A stretch of 64,000 nt of DNA from Alphaproteobacteria bacterium. Its GTDB lineage: Bacteria; Pseudomonadota; Alphaproteobacteria; MPNO01; UBA830. This document shows, one piece after another, positions 1 through 10,668 of this stretch (positions are counted from its first letter, which is position 1; every line of letters starts with the position of its first letter). The position numbers and the translations under genes were made by a program. Under the pieces are notes generated by a model. The model was not told the DNA's origin. It saw only the letters and a program-made list of their open reading frames with translations, and made no database searches. The stretch lies in NCBI GenBank assembly GCA_038146925.1, contig JAYQSP010000011.1, positions 42,816-106,815 on the forward strand, given 5' to 3'.

Positions 1-3000
1 AATATCTATATCGCTACAATGCTCTCTTGAAAGCACTCCTTCGTTAGAAATGTAGCCATTAGAAGCACTGAGCTCTTCTGTCTGATACCAGCCTGCAGAA
101 TTTCTTTCTGTTTCATATCTTGATGAGAAAGAAAGAGGTAATTTATCATACCCTTCGTTGCCAAATATTATATCTAGAGCATCACTTGAAAGAGCTACAT
201 TTGCTCTAATATCTTTTTCAAACCTTTCTGTTAAGAAATCAGATACCTGATTATCAATTTGTTTAAGATATGGGAATAATGATGCAATATTTTGAGCAAT
301 AATTTCAGTAACATTATCGGTTGGATTAACTATAAAGTCACTTAACAACGTTTGTTTATCAATTCCAAAATTTGTTGCAATACTTGTATATAAGTTTTCA
401 AGCTCACTTGTGATATTGCTAGCAACATTATCACCAGTAGATTCACATCCTTCTGCCACAGTTAAATCTTCAGTTAAGCTTGAATTAGATTTACCTTCTA
501 GAATTGCATTACCTAATAAAGAAGTAAATGGTGAAATAATTATTGAATTTACGCCTGTGTCATTTATTGAAGGCAATACCATTTGATAAGCATTTTCTAC
601 AACACCAAGAGTTGAATCAATTGCTCCAACAGGAACATCAACAATTATTGGTCTGTTGGCAAGACATTGATATTGGCTTTCATTATTAACGCCTATTGCA
701 AATTCACCATCAGAGTTAGTAGTACCACTAAATTCACCTTCATCAAATTTAAAATTGAAATTCTGATCAATAAATACATCGGCTCCTGAAAGATATCCAT
801 CAATTGCTGTTCCGGTATATACAAGGTCTGGTTCATAATAGACATCAAAACCACCCTCATCCACTCCATAACCTGAAGATTTGTATGCTAGATTTTCGAA
901 TATATCGTAAAAATATCCAGTAAATACATAGTATGCACCTGGAACTGTTTCCCTTGGAATTGTTATATTTGCTGTATAAGTTCCATTTGTTGCATCACCT
1001 GAGATTAACTCCCAAGGCTCAGAACCTTTAATATTAACTGCACTATTTATTTGTTGCACTTCTGGAGCAGGAAGATTGGCGAGATTTACTCCCGAAGTGT
1101 CAGATACTGTGACGGTAAGTGTAATTGTTGCATCTGCTACAGTTACATTTGGTGTATTTGGACTAATTGTTACATCAGAAACGACCGGAGAAGCTCCCTC
1201 TGTTAAACCAATTATTGTAACTCCACCATTTCCCGCACCAGAGCTAGATAACGAATATGATAAGTTATTGTATATATCATAAAAATATCCTGAGAATACT
1301 GAATAGTCAGTGCTTAGGGCTGAAGTTGAAATAGTGAAACTTGCCTCATATGTACCATCAGTATAATCACCTGAAGTTAAAACCCATGGACCATCAGCCT
1401 CAATGGTAATATTTCCTGAATTACCGTAAAGCTGAGGAGTTGGCAATCTATCACTATCAACACTTGAATCATCAGTAACTCTAGTTGTTAGAGTTAATAT
1501 TTTTGATGATTGAGTAACATCTAATGTTGTATCACTCAAGGTTACAGTTTCTATAACGGGTACATTACCTTCTCTGTTTGAAATGATGGTTAATCCACCA
1601 TCTGATGAACCATAATTTGTTAATTCATACTTCTGGTTATTGTGAACATCATAAAAAATTCCTGAATACATTGAGTAATCAGCAGCTGTTGCATCAGTGG
1701 AGATAGTAAATGAAGCACCATATACTCCATCATATTGATCACCTGATAATAAAGTCCAACTTCCACTAGCAGTAATAGTTGTATTTCCTGAATTAGCATA
1801 AAGTTGAGGTGTGTCAAGTCTAGATAAATTAATTCCAGAAACATCAGTTACTCTTATTACAAAAGTAACATCTACAGAATCAAGCGATACATCTATTTCT
1901 CTTATGCTAGGTTCAAAATTTGATAAATCTGGAGCATTTCCTTCAACAACAACACTAAATATATTATCTTGAACTTGAGTTGTTGTTTGTCCTTGCGAAT
2001 CATATATTTCGCCCGTATCAATATTATAGGAGCCTTCTCTTAAATTCTGAGGAAGTGTTCCTTGAGAACTCAGAGTTCCTTCATTTTGATCTCCGCTTAA
2101 GAGCTCCCAATTTGATAAAGTTAATGACTCTAAAGCCCCAGAATTATCATTAGAGGGTTTGATTCCAGAATCAAGATCATAATTCGATGGCATTATTAAT
2201 AAGCCAGATGATTGATTTGATTGACTGTTATAGCTGATTGATGGGGCAGGTAAATTTGATAAAGAGATTCCATCATTAGTTGAAAAATTCATCGTCAACT
2301 CTAATTCAAAAACATCATCCTCTAAGCTAATTACATTTGAATTTGGAACAATTGTACTAAGTTGAATTGAGGTTGGCTCTCCATCACCACCATCACCTCC
2401 ATCACCACCACCTGTAGTAAAGACAGAAATAATTTGTGTAGACTCATTCACTCCATCAGAAGCAGTAACTATTGCTGAATATGAGCTTTCAGTAGGTGAT
2501 GATGTAAAGGATAATTCTCCTGAACTTGAGTCTATTTCTAAATAATCACTTTCGATTGAAAAAGTAACAGTATCTCCCTCTGGGTCAGAAGCTTCTACAC
2601 TACCAATAGTTTCAAATTGTGCATTGTAATTAAACCATCGTGCTGAAGTAATTACTGGAGCTTTATCATTTGCATTTGTTACTGAAACTGTTACTGATTG
2701 AGTTGATGAATTAACCCCATCAGATGCAACAGCTGTAAATGCATAACTAGATCGAGATTCATAGTCTGGTGCTTCTCTGAAGCTTACAACCCCAGTAGTT
2801 GCATTAACACTAAAAGGCGATGCGCCAAATCCTGTAATATTGTAAGTAACAGTATCTCCATCAGGGTCACTAGCAACAAGAGTTCCAACTGTAGTTGTGT
2901 TTTCAACAACTTCAAAGGTATCCTCTGAAGTGAATTCAGGAGCATTGTCACCAACTGTTGTCGAGTCATCAGAGCTAGAGTCTGATTCACTAAATGCTGA

Positions 3001-5340
3001 TGCATCAGATGCTGATAAACCATGGACAACGGAGACAGTTGAAGGTTTATTTGGAGAATATCCTATAAAATTTGATCCTCCGTTAGGTCCTATATTTACT
3101 ATCTCAAGACTAGGTAAATCATCTACTGACCCCAAAGTTAAGGTATCACTATATTCATTTGCTTGTTTTAAGAAAACTACACCAAATGCTGGTTTTGTTA
3201 GGTAATAATCACCTGTTTGTCCTGAATTTTTATATAACCTACCTGTAGTTTCACTTGGCCTGATAACAAACTTTGAAACCCATGGCAAAAAACTTCCAGT
3301 GTCTGGATTAATACAGTCTTCAGTAAATTGGCCATCATAAACGCATCCACCAGGAATACCCCATAACTGATCACCGCCACCATATTGAAGTCTTAGTTCT
3401 TTGCCAGCATATTCTTGATACTTATTACTATCTTCAGGGGCTGTAAAATAAACACTTACAGGTCTACTAAAACTGACGAGCCTTCCATAAGAATCAATTA
3501 AACCTCTATATTGATTATAACGTTGAGGACCAGTTACCCATTGATAATATTCTGAAACTGCACCACTATAAACAGGAGATGTACAATAATCATATTCACT
3601 TATATCACATGTTAATTCGCTTAGTGATGTAACCAAAGCTCCACTAAATGCACCATAACCAAATTGTGAATATGAAAGCGCCTCTGATACTTCATCAGAC
3701 AAAGTTCCAAAAACAGCATCACCACCATCCCCAGCTGTATAAACATTAGTTTCAGAATTAATATTATAAGTAATAACATTTTCAGCTGAAGTACCAAAGG
3801 TATTGTAATTAGCATAAGGGCCTTCATTAGGTGCTTGAGAGCCTGCCTCTAATGCATCTGTTAAGGCTGTAATCTTTGTGTACGTTGGACAATTCTCAAC
3901 ACAATAAAGCGTAGTTGGAAAGTTGGCAGGTGAAACATCTGTCTCAATTTCTTGAGTAACAAGAGCCCTCGTCGGCTCCTTCATTGCATCAACTGAAATA
4001 CCTAAGCCTCCTATACCTGGCATAAAACCAAAAATTCCCCATCTTGAGGAATCACTTAAATAATCGGTAGATGTAAAAGATATTTCTGTATCAAGAGCTC
4101 TATCAAAACAACCTGTCTCGCCACAATAGTTGCTATGCGTTAAGGTAAAAGTATCAGTGTCTGCATCATAATTCATTTTGTATTCACCTGGCTCAGAAAT
4201 ACCAAGTGATGAGTCACTTCCTAAGAAAGATACAAAATTTAATCCACTAAGACTTGATAAGGATTTCTTTGAAACTTCTTTTTTAATTAATTTTCCGCCA
4301 AGGAAATATGTCGTATATTCTAGGCCATTAACTGATGAATCATCGTCATCTCTTACCACTGTTAAACCTGAGGTTAGTGAGCTGGTAGTTTCATTATCAA
4401 AATGTAATCCATAACCATCGGCAAAACCATATTGATTATTATATTTGACTCTGAAACCTTTATTGGGCAAGTCAAATTTTTCACCAGTTTCTGAGTTATA
4501 TAAAAAATATCCAAATACTTCTTTAGTACCTTTTGACTCATCTGTTAAAAAGCATTTCTCTGGTGCATCGTTTATGGGTGAACCATTTTGTATTACTTTT
4601 TTTCTGCAGAAAACAGTTTCGTTATAAGCAAATATATCTGTTCTGGTTGATAACTCACCCATATCACTAAATGTGTATCCAGAAACTGCGCCGCTACCAG
4701 TATCACCATCGCCTAAATTAATAACAGCTTTACTTTCTAGAGTCTGACCACTAAAGGGATCTGTAAACTCCTCACTATATGTAAGCTGAGTACCAGATGC
4801 TTGTAAGTAACCAAGAAAAAAGTCTTGAGAAGTCTCAAGAGTTGTTCCTGTAAATCTCATTAAAAACTCACCAAAAGGTGCTTCATCTGAGACGCCAGCG
4901 GTTGCCTCAGTATAGGTATAAATCATCATTCCCTCTGCACTACTTTCTGTTTCAGGAACCCATGCCTTTACAACCATTGGGTTTGACGTTGATGCCCTAG
5001 AGGCATTCACAACAACTTCTGTATAAGTTATAGCTGTACTTGATGAATTTGATGATGATGAAGCTGCACCACCAGAAGATTGTGGGCCGGATGAAACTTG
5101 TCCAGCTTCATCACAAGCTGCTTGATTTACTAATGCTAAGTAATCATTACCAGTTCTGGTAACCATTAAATCAGGTCTTAATTTAGACATAAAACAAAGA
5201 ATCATTCTTGGTTGACCTAATGTGTCATTTACCTGATCACTTAATGAGAAATACGGAGTATGCTCCGCATAATCACTATCAGATGGGACTTCAGCAAATA
5301 TAGGAAGTGATAATAATATTATTGCTAAAAACTTCTTCAT
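1..5340 (-). CDS. Giant secreted adhesin-like protein, N-terminal ~1780 aa; the C-terminus runs off the window edge. Contains cadherin-like/Ig-like domains.
   Basis: ATG at 5340 is preceded by GAGGAA (RBS). Signal peptide MKKFLAIILLSLPIFA. By-eye translation of the minus strand stays open to position 1. Cadherin-like motif, e.g. ...VVENTTTVGTLVASDPDGDTVTYNITG...APDYESRSSY. The ORF track omits it because it has no in-window stop. Confidence 0.65.
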   Translation of the reverse strand, partial: MKKFLAIILLSLPIFAEVPSDSDYAEHTPYFSLSDQVNDTLGQPRMILCFMSKLRPDLMVTRTGNDYLALVNQAACDEAGQVSSGPQSSGGAASSSSNSSSTAITYTEVVVNASRASTSNPMVVKAWVPETESSAEGMMIYTYTEATAGVSDEAPFGEFLMRFTGTTLETSQDFFLGYLQASGTQLTYSEEFTDPFSGQTLESKAVINLGDGDTGSGAVSGYTFSDMGELSTRTDIFAYNETVFCRKKVIQNGSPINDAPEKCFLTDESKGTKEVFGYFLYNSETGEKFDLPNKGFRVKYNNQYGFADGYGLHFDNETTSSLTSGLTVVRDDDDSSVNGLEYTTYFLGGKLIKKEVSKKSLSSLSGLNFVSFLGSDSSLGISEPGEYKMNYDADTDTFTLTHSNYCGETGCFDRALDTEISFTSTDYLSDSSRWGIFGFMPGIGGLGISVDAMKEPTRALVTQEIETDVSPANFPTTLYCVENCPTYTKITALTDALEAGSQAPNEGPYANYNTFGTSAENVITYNINSETNVYTAGDGGDAVFGTLSDEVSEALSYSQFGYGAFSGALVTSLSELTCDISEYDYCTSPVYSGAVSEYYQWVTGPQRYNQYRGLIDSYGRLVSFSRPVSVYFTAPEDSNKYQEYAGKELRLQYGGGDQLWGIPGGCVYDGQFTEDCINPDTGSFLPWVSKFVIRPSETTGRLYKNSGQTGDYYLTKPAFGVVFLKQANEYSDTLTLGSVDDLPSLEIVNIGPNGGSNFIGYSPNKPSTVSVVHGLSASDASAFSESDSSSDDSTTVGDNAPEFTSEDTFEVVENTTTVGTLVASDPDGDTVTYNITGFGASPFSVNATTGVVSFREAPDYESRSSYAFTAVASDGVNSSTQSVTVSVTNANDKAPVITSARWFNYNAQFETIGSVEASDPEGDTVTFSIESDYLEIDSSSGELSFTSSPTESSYSAIVTASDGVNESTQIISVFTTGGGDGGDGGDGEPTSIQLSTIVPNSNVISLEDDVFELELTMNFSTNDGISLSNLPAPSISYNSQSNQSSGLLIMPSNYDLDSGIKPSNDNSGALESLTLSNWELLSGDQNEGTLSSQGTLPQNLREGSYNIDTGEIYDSQGQTTTQVQDNIFSVVVEGNAPDLSNFEPSIREIDVSLDSVDVTFVIRVTDVSGINLSRLDTPQLYANSGNTTITASGSWTLLSGDQYDGVYGASFTISTDATAADYSMYSGIFYDVHNNQKYELTNYGSSDGGLTIISNREGNVPVIETVTLSDTTLDVTQSSKILTLTTRVTDDSSVDSDRLPTPQLYGNSGNITIEADGPWVLTSGDYTDGTYEASFTISTSALSTDYSVFSGYFYDIYNNLSYSLSSSGAGNGGVTIIGLTEGASPVVSDVTISPNTPNVTVADATITLTVTVSDTSGVNLANLPAPEVQQINSAVNIKGSEPWELISGDATNGTYTANITIPRETVPGAYYVFTGYFYDIFENLAYKSSGYGVDEGGFDVYYEPDLVYTGTAIDGYLSGADVFIDQNFNFKFDEGEFSGTTNSDGEFAIGVNNESQYQCLANRPIIVDVPVGAIDSTLGVVENAYQMVLPSINDTGVNSIIISPFTSLLGNAILEGKSNSSLTEDLTVAEGCESTGDNVASNITSELENLYTSIATNFGIDKQTLLSDFIVNPTDNVTEIIAQNIASLFPYLKQIDNQVSDFLTERFEKDIRANVALSSDALDIIFGNEGYDKLPLSFSSRYETERNSAGWYQTEELSASNGYISNEGVLSREHCSDIDI

Positions 5341-5395
5341 GATTCCTCGCTTTGTGTTTCTACTAGCTGTACACTTTGCGGCAATATAATCCCAC

Positions 5396-7081
5396 CTATT
5401 GATCATCATCAGCATCATTAATAATATTTATCGTGATTTCTTGAGTGCTTGTATTTTCTCCATCACTAGCTGTTACTATTGCGGTGTAACTGGTCTTAGT
5501 CTCGTAATCTGAGCTGAGGCAAAGGTTAGAACACCAGCTGAAGTTATTTCAAGTTCAGTACCTGAAACAGTGAAAGTAACATCATCGCCATCTGCATCAG
5601 TTGCTGTTACGGTTCCAATAGCTGTTTGGTTTTCAGCAGCACTAAAAGTAGCACTAGAGGTAAATACTGGAGCCACATCATTAACATTTGTTACATTAAC
5701 AGTAATGTTTTGTTGAGATATATTTACTCCATCTGTAGCAGTTACTGTTGCTGTGTAAGTAGCTTTAGTTTCATAATCTGGAGCTGAGGCAAAGGTTAGA
5801 ACACCAGCTGAGGTTATTTCAAGCTCATCTCCAGATATGATAAATGTTACTGCATCACCATCTGCATCAGTTGCTGTTACGGTTCCAATAGCTGTTTGGT
5901 TTTCAGCAGCACTAAAGGTAGCTTCTGAAGTAAAGCTTGGACTATTATCATTAACATTAGTTACATTAACGGTAATAGCTTGAGTGGTTGAGTTAGTGCC
6001 ATCACTAGCAGTTACTGTTGCTGTGTAAGTAGCTTTAGTTTCGTAATCTGGAGCTGAGGCAAAGGTTAGAACACCAGCTGAGGTTATTTCAAGTTCATCT
6101 CCAGATATGATAAATGTTACATCATCACCATCTGCATCAGTTGCTGTTACGGTTCCAATAGCTGTTTGGTTTTCAGCAGCACTAAAGGTAGCTTCTGAAG
6201 TAAAGCTTGGACTATTATCATTAACATTAGTTACATTAACTGTAATAGCTTGAGTGGTTGAGTTAGTGCCATCACTGGCAGTTACTGTTGCTGTGTAAGT
6301 AGCTTTAGTTTCGTAATCTGGAGCTGAGGCAAAGGTTAGAACACCAGCTGAGGTTATTTCAAGCTCATCTCCAGATATGATAAATGTTACTGCATCACCA
6401 TCTGCATCAGTTGCTGTTACGGTTCCAATAGCTGTTTGGTTTTCAGCAGCACTAAAGGTAGCTTCTGAAGTAAAGCTTGGACTATTATCATTAACATTAG
6501 TTACATTAACGGTAATAGCTTGAGTGGTTGAGTTAGTGCCATCACTGGCAGTTACTGTTGCTGTGTAAGTAGCTTTAGTTTCGTAATCTGGAGCTGAGGC
6601 AAAGGTTAGAACACCAGCTGAAGTTATTTCAAGTTCAGTACCTGAAACAGTGAAAGTAACATCATCGCCATCTGCATCAGTTGCTGTTACAGTTCCAATA
6701 GCTGTTTGGTTTTCAGCAGCACTAAAGGTAGCTTCTGAAGTAAAGCTTGGACTATTATCATTAACATTAGTTACATTAACGGTAATAGCTTGAGTGGTTG
6801 AGTTAGTGCCATCACTGGCAGTTACTGTAGCTGTGTAAGTAGCTTTAGTTTCATAATCAGGAGCTGAGGCAAAGGTTAGAACACCAGCTGAAGTTATTTC
6901 AAGTTCAGTACCTGAAACAGTGAAAGTAACATCATCGCCATCTGCATCAGTTGCTGTTACGGTTCCAATAGCTGTTTGGTTTTCAGCAGCACTAAAGGTA
7001 GCTTCTGAAGTAAAGCTTGGGCTATTATCGTTTTCGTTGGTTATCGTAATAGTTACATCTTTGGTTACTGTCTCAGTGCCG
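5396..7081 (-). pseudogene. Frame-disrupted repeat-domain continuation of the lipoprotein adhesin gene that starts at 8779. The stop is at 5396-5398 (...INIINDADDDQ*).
   Basis: Only a 66-aa ORF (5476..5676) survives in-frame. There is a 1-nt difference at 7082-7110 relative to the paralog at 25070, which reads through. There is also a 1-nt loss near 5510 versus sibling repeats. This could be real decay or repeat-region sequence error. Confidence 0.5.
5400..7080. repeat. Tandem coding repeats with a 270-bp (90-aa) period, about 6 copies. Cadherin-like repeat units (VTATDADGDDVTFTVSGTELEITSAGVLTFASAPDYETKSSYSATVTASDG).
   Basis: The string actattatcattaacattagttacattaac recurs at 5941, 6211, 6481 and 6751 (period 270), with a diverged first copy. 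Near-identical units. Confidence 0.85.
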
Positions 7082-8779
7082 TCAGTTAAAGGTCAGTGTG
7101 ATTGAGTATGAGCTCTTAGTTTCATAATCTGGTGCTTCTTTAAAGGTTAGAACATTTTCATCAGATAAATTAAAGCTATCGGCATCTGTACCACCTAGAG
7201 TTAATGTTAATTCATCTTCATCTACATCTGAGACTGAAACAGTTGTTACTGCTGTTTGGTTTTCAGCTACTTGAATAGTAGATGCTATATCAATAGAGGG
7301 TGCATCATTAACCGCATCAATGGTTATGGTTACATCAGCACTTGAAGTCTTATCGCCTTGAGTGATGGTGTAACTAAAGACATCAGTACCGTTGTAGTCT
7401 GTATCAGGAGTATAAACAATCTGTTCAGGAGATGACTCAGCAATTGTGGTTGTACCATTGGTTCCATTACTTGTTGTTACTGTTATAGGAGCTGTTGTCA
7501 CATATGAGTCATTTGCAACAACATTTATAGTTACAGCTGTATCCTCAGATGTGATTGTACTATCAGGTATAGCGCTGATATCGGGTGCTATTTCTCCAGA
7601 ATCTACATTCTGATCTTCAGCTATATAAGTTAATAGGTCTTCAGTATAACTAGTTACTGTCTCAGCAGTTGCAGTGCCATTAGCTATAGCCTGGATATCG
7701 GTTTGTAGGGTTGAAACCGCAAAACGTATAACTGAAGTAGTTAAATCATCAGAGGATTTAACTTCAATAACTGGCATAACACCAGCCAGAGCTTTAGTGG
7801 TATTTGCTTTAGCTGTCTCATCAATGGTTACTGATTTTGCTGCTATGACATTATCAACTACATTAGTAATAAAAGCTTCGGTTTCAATATCTACTTTGGT
7901 TTCTGTTTCAGTGTATTCTTTTTCTATCTCTTCAGTGATTGACTTAAAGTAGTCCTGAGTTGTTTCGGTTGTGGTATTTAAATTATTGGTTATGTTTTGC
8001 AAAGCAAAAGCAAGAACGGTTAACTGGTTACCCTTCTCATACAAATAATCGTTAATACCACCATCGCCTTTGTTAGCAACCGGATCAAAAGTAAAAACAT
8101 CAATGGATGCATCAATACCCAATGCTGCATTAACCAGTGAAGCATCTTCCATAAAAGCAGCAACTGAAGTTACAGGGGTAACCGCTTTAAACTCTGAATG
8201 GCCAGTTAGTTTATGAGTAATTAAAAGATTATCTAAAAGGGTTTGCGAATCTAAATCGGTTCCACCGATGGATACTAAATTACCGTTAGCATAACGAATA
8301 GTAAATTTACCTTCATTATCTGAAGTAGTTGAATTTTCATTTGAATCACATGTCCAACTCTCATCTTCATCAATACAAACTTCAGCCCCTGAAATATAAC
8401 CATCAACTACTACACCATCGGTTTCTCTATACCCCTCAACAGTAACAGATGCTGATCTAGTGCCACCTGCACCAGTACACGAAATAGAAAAAGTGTTATC
8501 ACCTACTGTAGTAATAGTTACTGCTTCTGAACCAGAAGTTCCTGTTTGGCTAGTCCATGATGCAGAACAAGAATTTGCATTGGTTGAGGACCAAGTAAGG
8601 GTTGAAGTACTTTCAAGAAGTACTGAAGTTGGATCAGCTGATAAATTAACGGTTGGAGCTGGAGTTGCTGGAGGTGTTGGTGTACTTCCACCGCCACCGC
8701 CACCGCCACATGAAGAAATAATAAATGCAGCAGTAATTGCTATTACTGTTCGTAAACTATAAGAACCCCTACTTCTCAT
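7082..8779 (-). CDS. Lipoprotein adhesin, N-terminal 565 aa with Ig-like plus cadherin-like domains. It probably originally continued through the repeats to 5396.
   Basis: Intact ORF. Lipobox IISSC followed by a Gly run. C-terminal ...APDYETKSSY cadherin motif. Paralogous to 25000-26470. Confidence 0.75.
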   Translation of the reverse strand: MRSRGSYSLRTVIAITAAFIISSCGGGGGGGSTPTPPATPAPTVNLSADPTSVLLESTSTLTWSSTNANSCSASWTSQTGTSGSEAVTITTVGDNTFSISCTGAGGTRSASVTVEGYRETDGVVVDGYISGAEVCIDEDESWTCDSNENSTTSDNEGKFTIRYANGNLVSIGGTDLDSQTLLDNLLITHKLTGHSEFKAVTPVTSVAAFMEDASLVNAALGIDASIDVFTFDPVANKGDGGINDYLYEKGNQLTVLAFALQNITNNLNTTTETTQDYFKSITEEIEKEYTETETKVDIETEAFITNVVDNVIAAKSVTIDETAKANTTKALAGVMPVIEVKSSDDLTTSVIRFAVSTLQTDIQAIANGTATAETVTSYTEDLLTYIAEDQNVDSGEIAPDISAIPDSTITSEDTAVTINVVANDSYVTTAPITVTTSNGTNGTTTIAESSPEQIVYTPDTDYNGTDVFSYTITQGDKTSSADVTITIDAVNDAPSIDIASTIQVAENQTAVTTVSVSDVDEDELTLTLGGTDADSFNLSDENVLTFKEAPDYETKSSYSITLTFN

Positions 8780-8820
8780 ATATATTATAAATTAACCTAA
8801 AAAGTTAAATATGTAAAATA

Positions 8821-9819
8821 TTAAAACGTGTATTTTAAAGAAATGCCTATCTCACCATATGGTTGGTCAAAATAATGTTCTGTTCTTTGATTAAAGGTTA
8901 TTGGCTCAAATCCAATGAGATTATTTTTATAAATATCACCATACAATAGAAGACTAAGATTTTCAGCATAGAATTCAATACCAGCTCTTAATTTAAAATT
9001 TACTTTTGGTGTTTTATATAATTGGTGGTAATTTTTAAAATTTAATAACACTAAGTCATATTCAGCTATGACATTAAAATTATAAATAGATATAAATTTT
9101 TGCTTTAATCCAAGATTAATTTGTTGTGATACCCATTGATCTTTTTGAGGTAATTTTCTTAGTGCTAAATCAATTGCATCACCTAAAATATTTCCATTAA
9201 TAACTAAATTTAATAAAAAAGGAGATTTGATATCTTCGATAGGTGATAGCCAGTCATAATTATATTCTGTTTCTTGAAATTCAAATTTAGTTGAATATAT
9301 CCAAAAATTATTCCAATATTTTTTAAAACCTACTCCATAGGTATCAGCTTCTCCTTCAATTGAAATAATATTGGATCCTAATTGTTGATATTTATCATTA
9401 CTAGAGGTGATAGAAAATGACGCATTCTCGCAACCTCCCAAAATAATACCGCTAAATTCATAGCAACTAAAAACTTGAGGATTTGCTTTTTGGGTTGAAT
9501 TAAAAAAATAAATTAAATTGTCTTCATCAAGTGTATATCCGATCATAAATCCTTCTTTTTTTGTATCAAGATTTACATCCTTAGGTTCAGAATTTCTCTT
9601 TAATGATAAATTTATTTTATTTTGAAAAATATTAGCCTTAAGTTTTTTATAGCTGTAACCGATTTCAATGGCTTCAGAGCTATTTTCATCAAAAGATACA
9701 GGAACATCTGGTAAAAAATTCCATTCTGCATCCATAAATTTTTTATCGAAAAGAATATATGTATTTTCAGAAAATAATGGCAATGATAGTAATATTAAAA
9801 AAAAGCGATTTAGTTTCAT
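8821..9819 (-). CDS. Outer-membrane beta-barrel protein (porin/OMP-like), hypothetical.
   Basis: 332-aa ORF. Signal peptide MKLNRFFLILLSLPLF. The C-terminal ...ISLKYTF ends in aromatic Phe, typical of OM barrels. Confidence 0.6.
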   Translation of the reverse strand: MKLNRFFLILLSLPLFSENTYILFDKKFMDAEWNFLPDVPVSFDENSSEAIEIGYSYKKLKANIFQNKINLSLKRNSEPKDVNLDTKKEGFMIGYTLDEDNLIYFFNSTQKANPQVFSCYEFSGIILGGCENASFSITSSNDKYQQLGSNIISIEGEADTYGVGFKKYWNNFWIYSTKFEFQETEYNYDWLSPIEDIKSPFLLNLVINGNILGDAIDLALRKLPQKDQWVSQQINLGLKQKFISIYNFNVIAEYDLVLLNFKNYHQLYKTPKVNFKLRAGIEFYAENLSLLLYGDIYKNNLIGFEPITFNQRTEHYFDQPYGEIGISLKYTF

Positions 9820-9829
9820 TGAATAAAAA

Positions 9830-10609
9830 TCATAATGTTATATCAAAAAAATCTTCAACGGTTTCGTGTGCAATTTTTTGCAGGAATTCTCTATCAATTG
9901 AATTAATTTTTTCAAAGTAATTGTATTTTATTCCAACTGGTGTCGTCTGAGTAATTGATGCAAAAACAACACAAGAAGCTAGATAAGTTCCTAAAAGGCT
10001 CGGGTGACTTCCATCAAATGATTTATGCAGTTCTATATTGGGCATAACTCTGTACGCGTTTTCAAATGCGATACCGACCGGAATGACTAATGCATTATTG
10101 TTGTTGCCTGCATTAATATACATTTTTTTTATATCTTTGATCATTTTTGGATTTGTATTCTTATGAGGAGCAACATATGCATGAATCATGTATAAGGCTG
10201 CTTCTGCTCCTGATGCATGAACTTTGTCAACAATCTGCTCTATACTATCTGCAAATATCTTTCTTTCAGTTGCTGTATTTGTCTCACCACTCCCGCCCTG
10301 AATAATGACAAGTTCAAAAGGTTTTTTTGCACCAATTTTTTGGTAGTTAAGTGGATGCTCGATATTATGATGCCAAGAACGTGATCCACTTATTGTTACT
10401 AATTTATAATTTGTAGTATTAATTTCTTTTGAATAATACTCCTCCAACATTCTTCTGACATGATTATGAAGACTATCGTTATAGTATAAATAGCTATTAC
10501 CAATATACAGAACTCTTTCAGGAGTTATATTTTTTAAGCTAGTTATTTTGATTTCAGAAGAAAATAAAAAATTAGAAAATATTAAAATTAGTAGTAATAT
10601 GTAATTCAT
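9830..10609 (-). CDS. Secreted SGNH/GDSL-type hydrolase (esterase-like).
   Basis: 259 aa. N-terminal signal peptide. Block I-like VLYIGNSY and a C-terminal FDGSHPS (DxxH catalytic block). Confidence 0.6.
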   Translation of the reverse strand: MNYILLLILIFSNFLFSSEIKITSLKNITPERVLYIGNSYLYYNDSLHNHVRRMLEEYYSKEINTTNYKLVTISGSRSWHHNIEHPLNYQKIGAKKPFELVIIQGGSGETNTATERKIFADSIEQIVDKVHASGAEAALYMIHAYVAPHKNTNPKMIKDIKKMYINAGNNNNALVIPVGIAFENAYRVMPNIELHKSFDGSHPSLLGTYLASCVVFASITQTTPVGIKYNYFEKINSIDREFLQKIAHETVEDFFDITL

Positions 10610-10668
10610 AAAAAAATTTTAACTCAAATACAACAAAGATTATAAATATTTCAAATACATATAAAGAT

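Noticed and set aside
1076-4627. Small plus- and minus-strand ORFs (e.g. 1076..1282, 2897..3205, 4178..4414) inside the first giant gene
   Set aside because: Alternate-frame ORFs within a long, open, protein-like minus-strand frame. Ser/Thr-rich composition reflects the complement of the coding strand.
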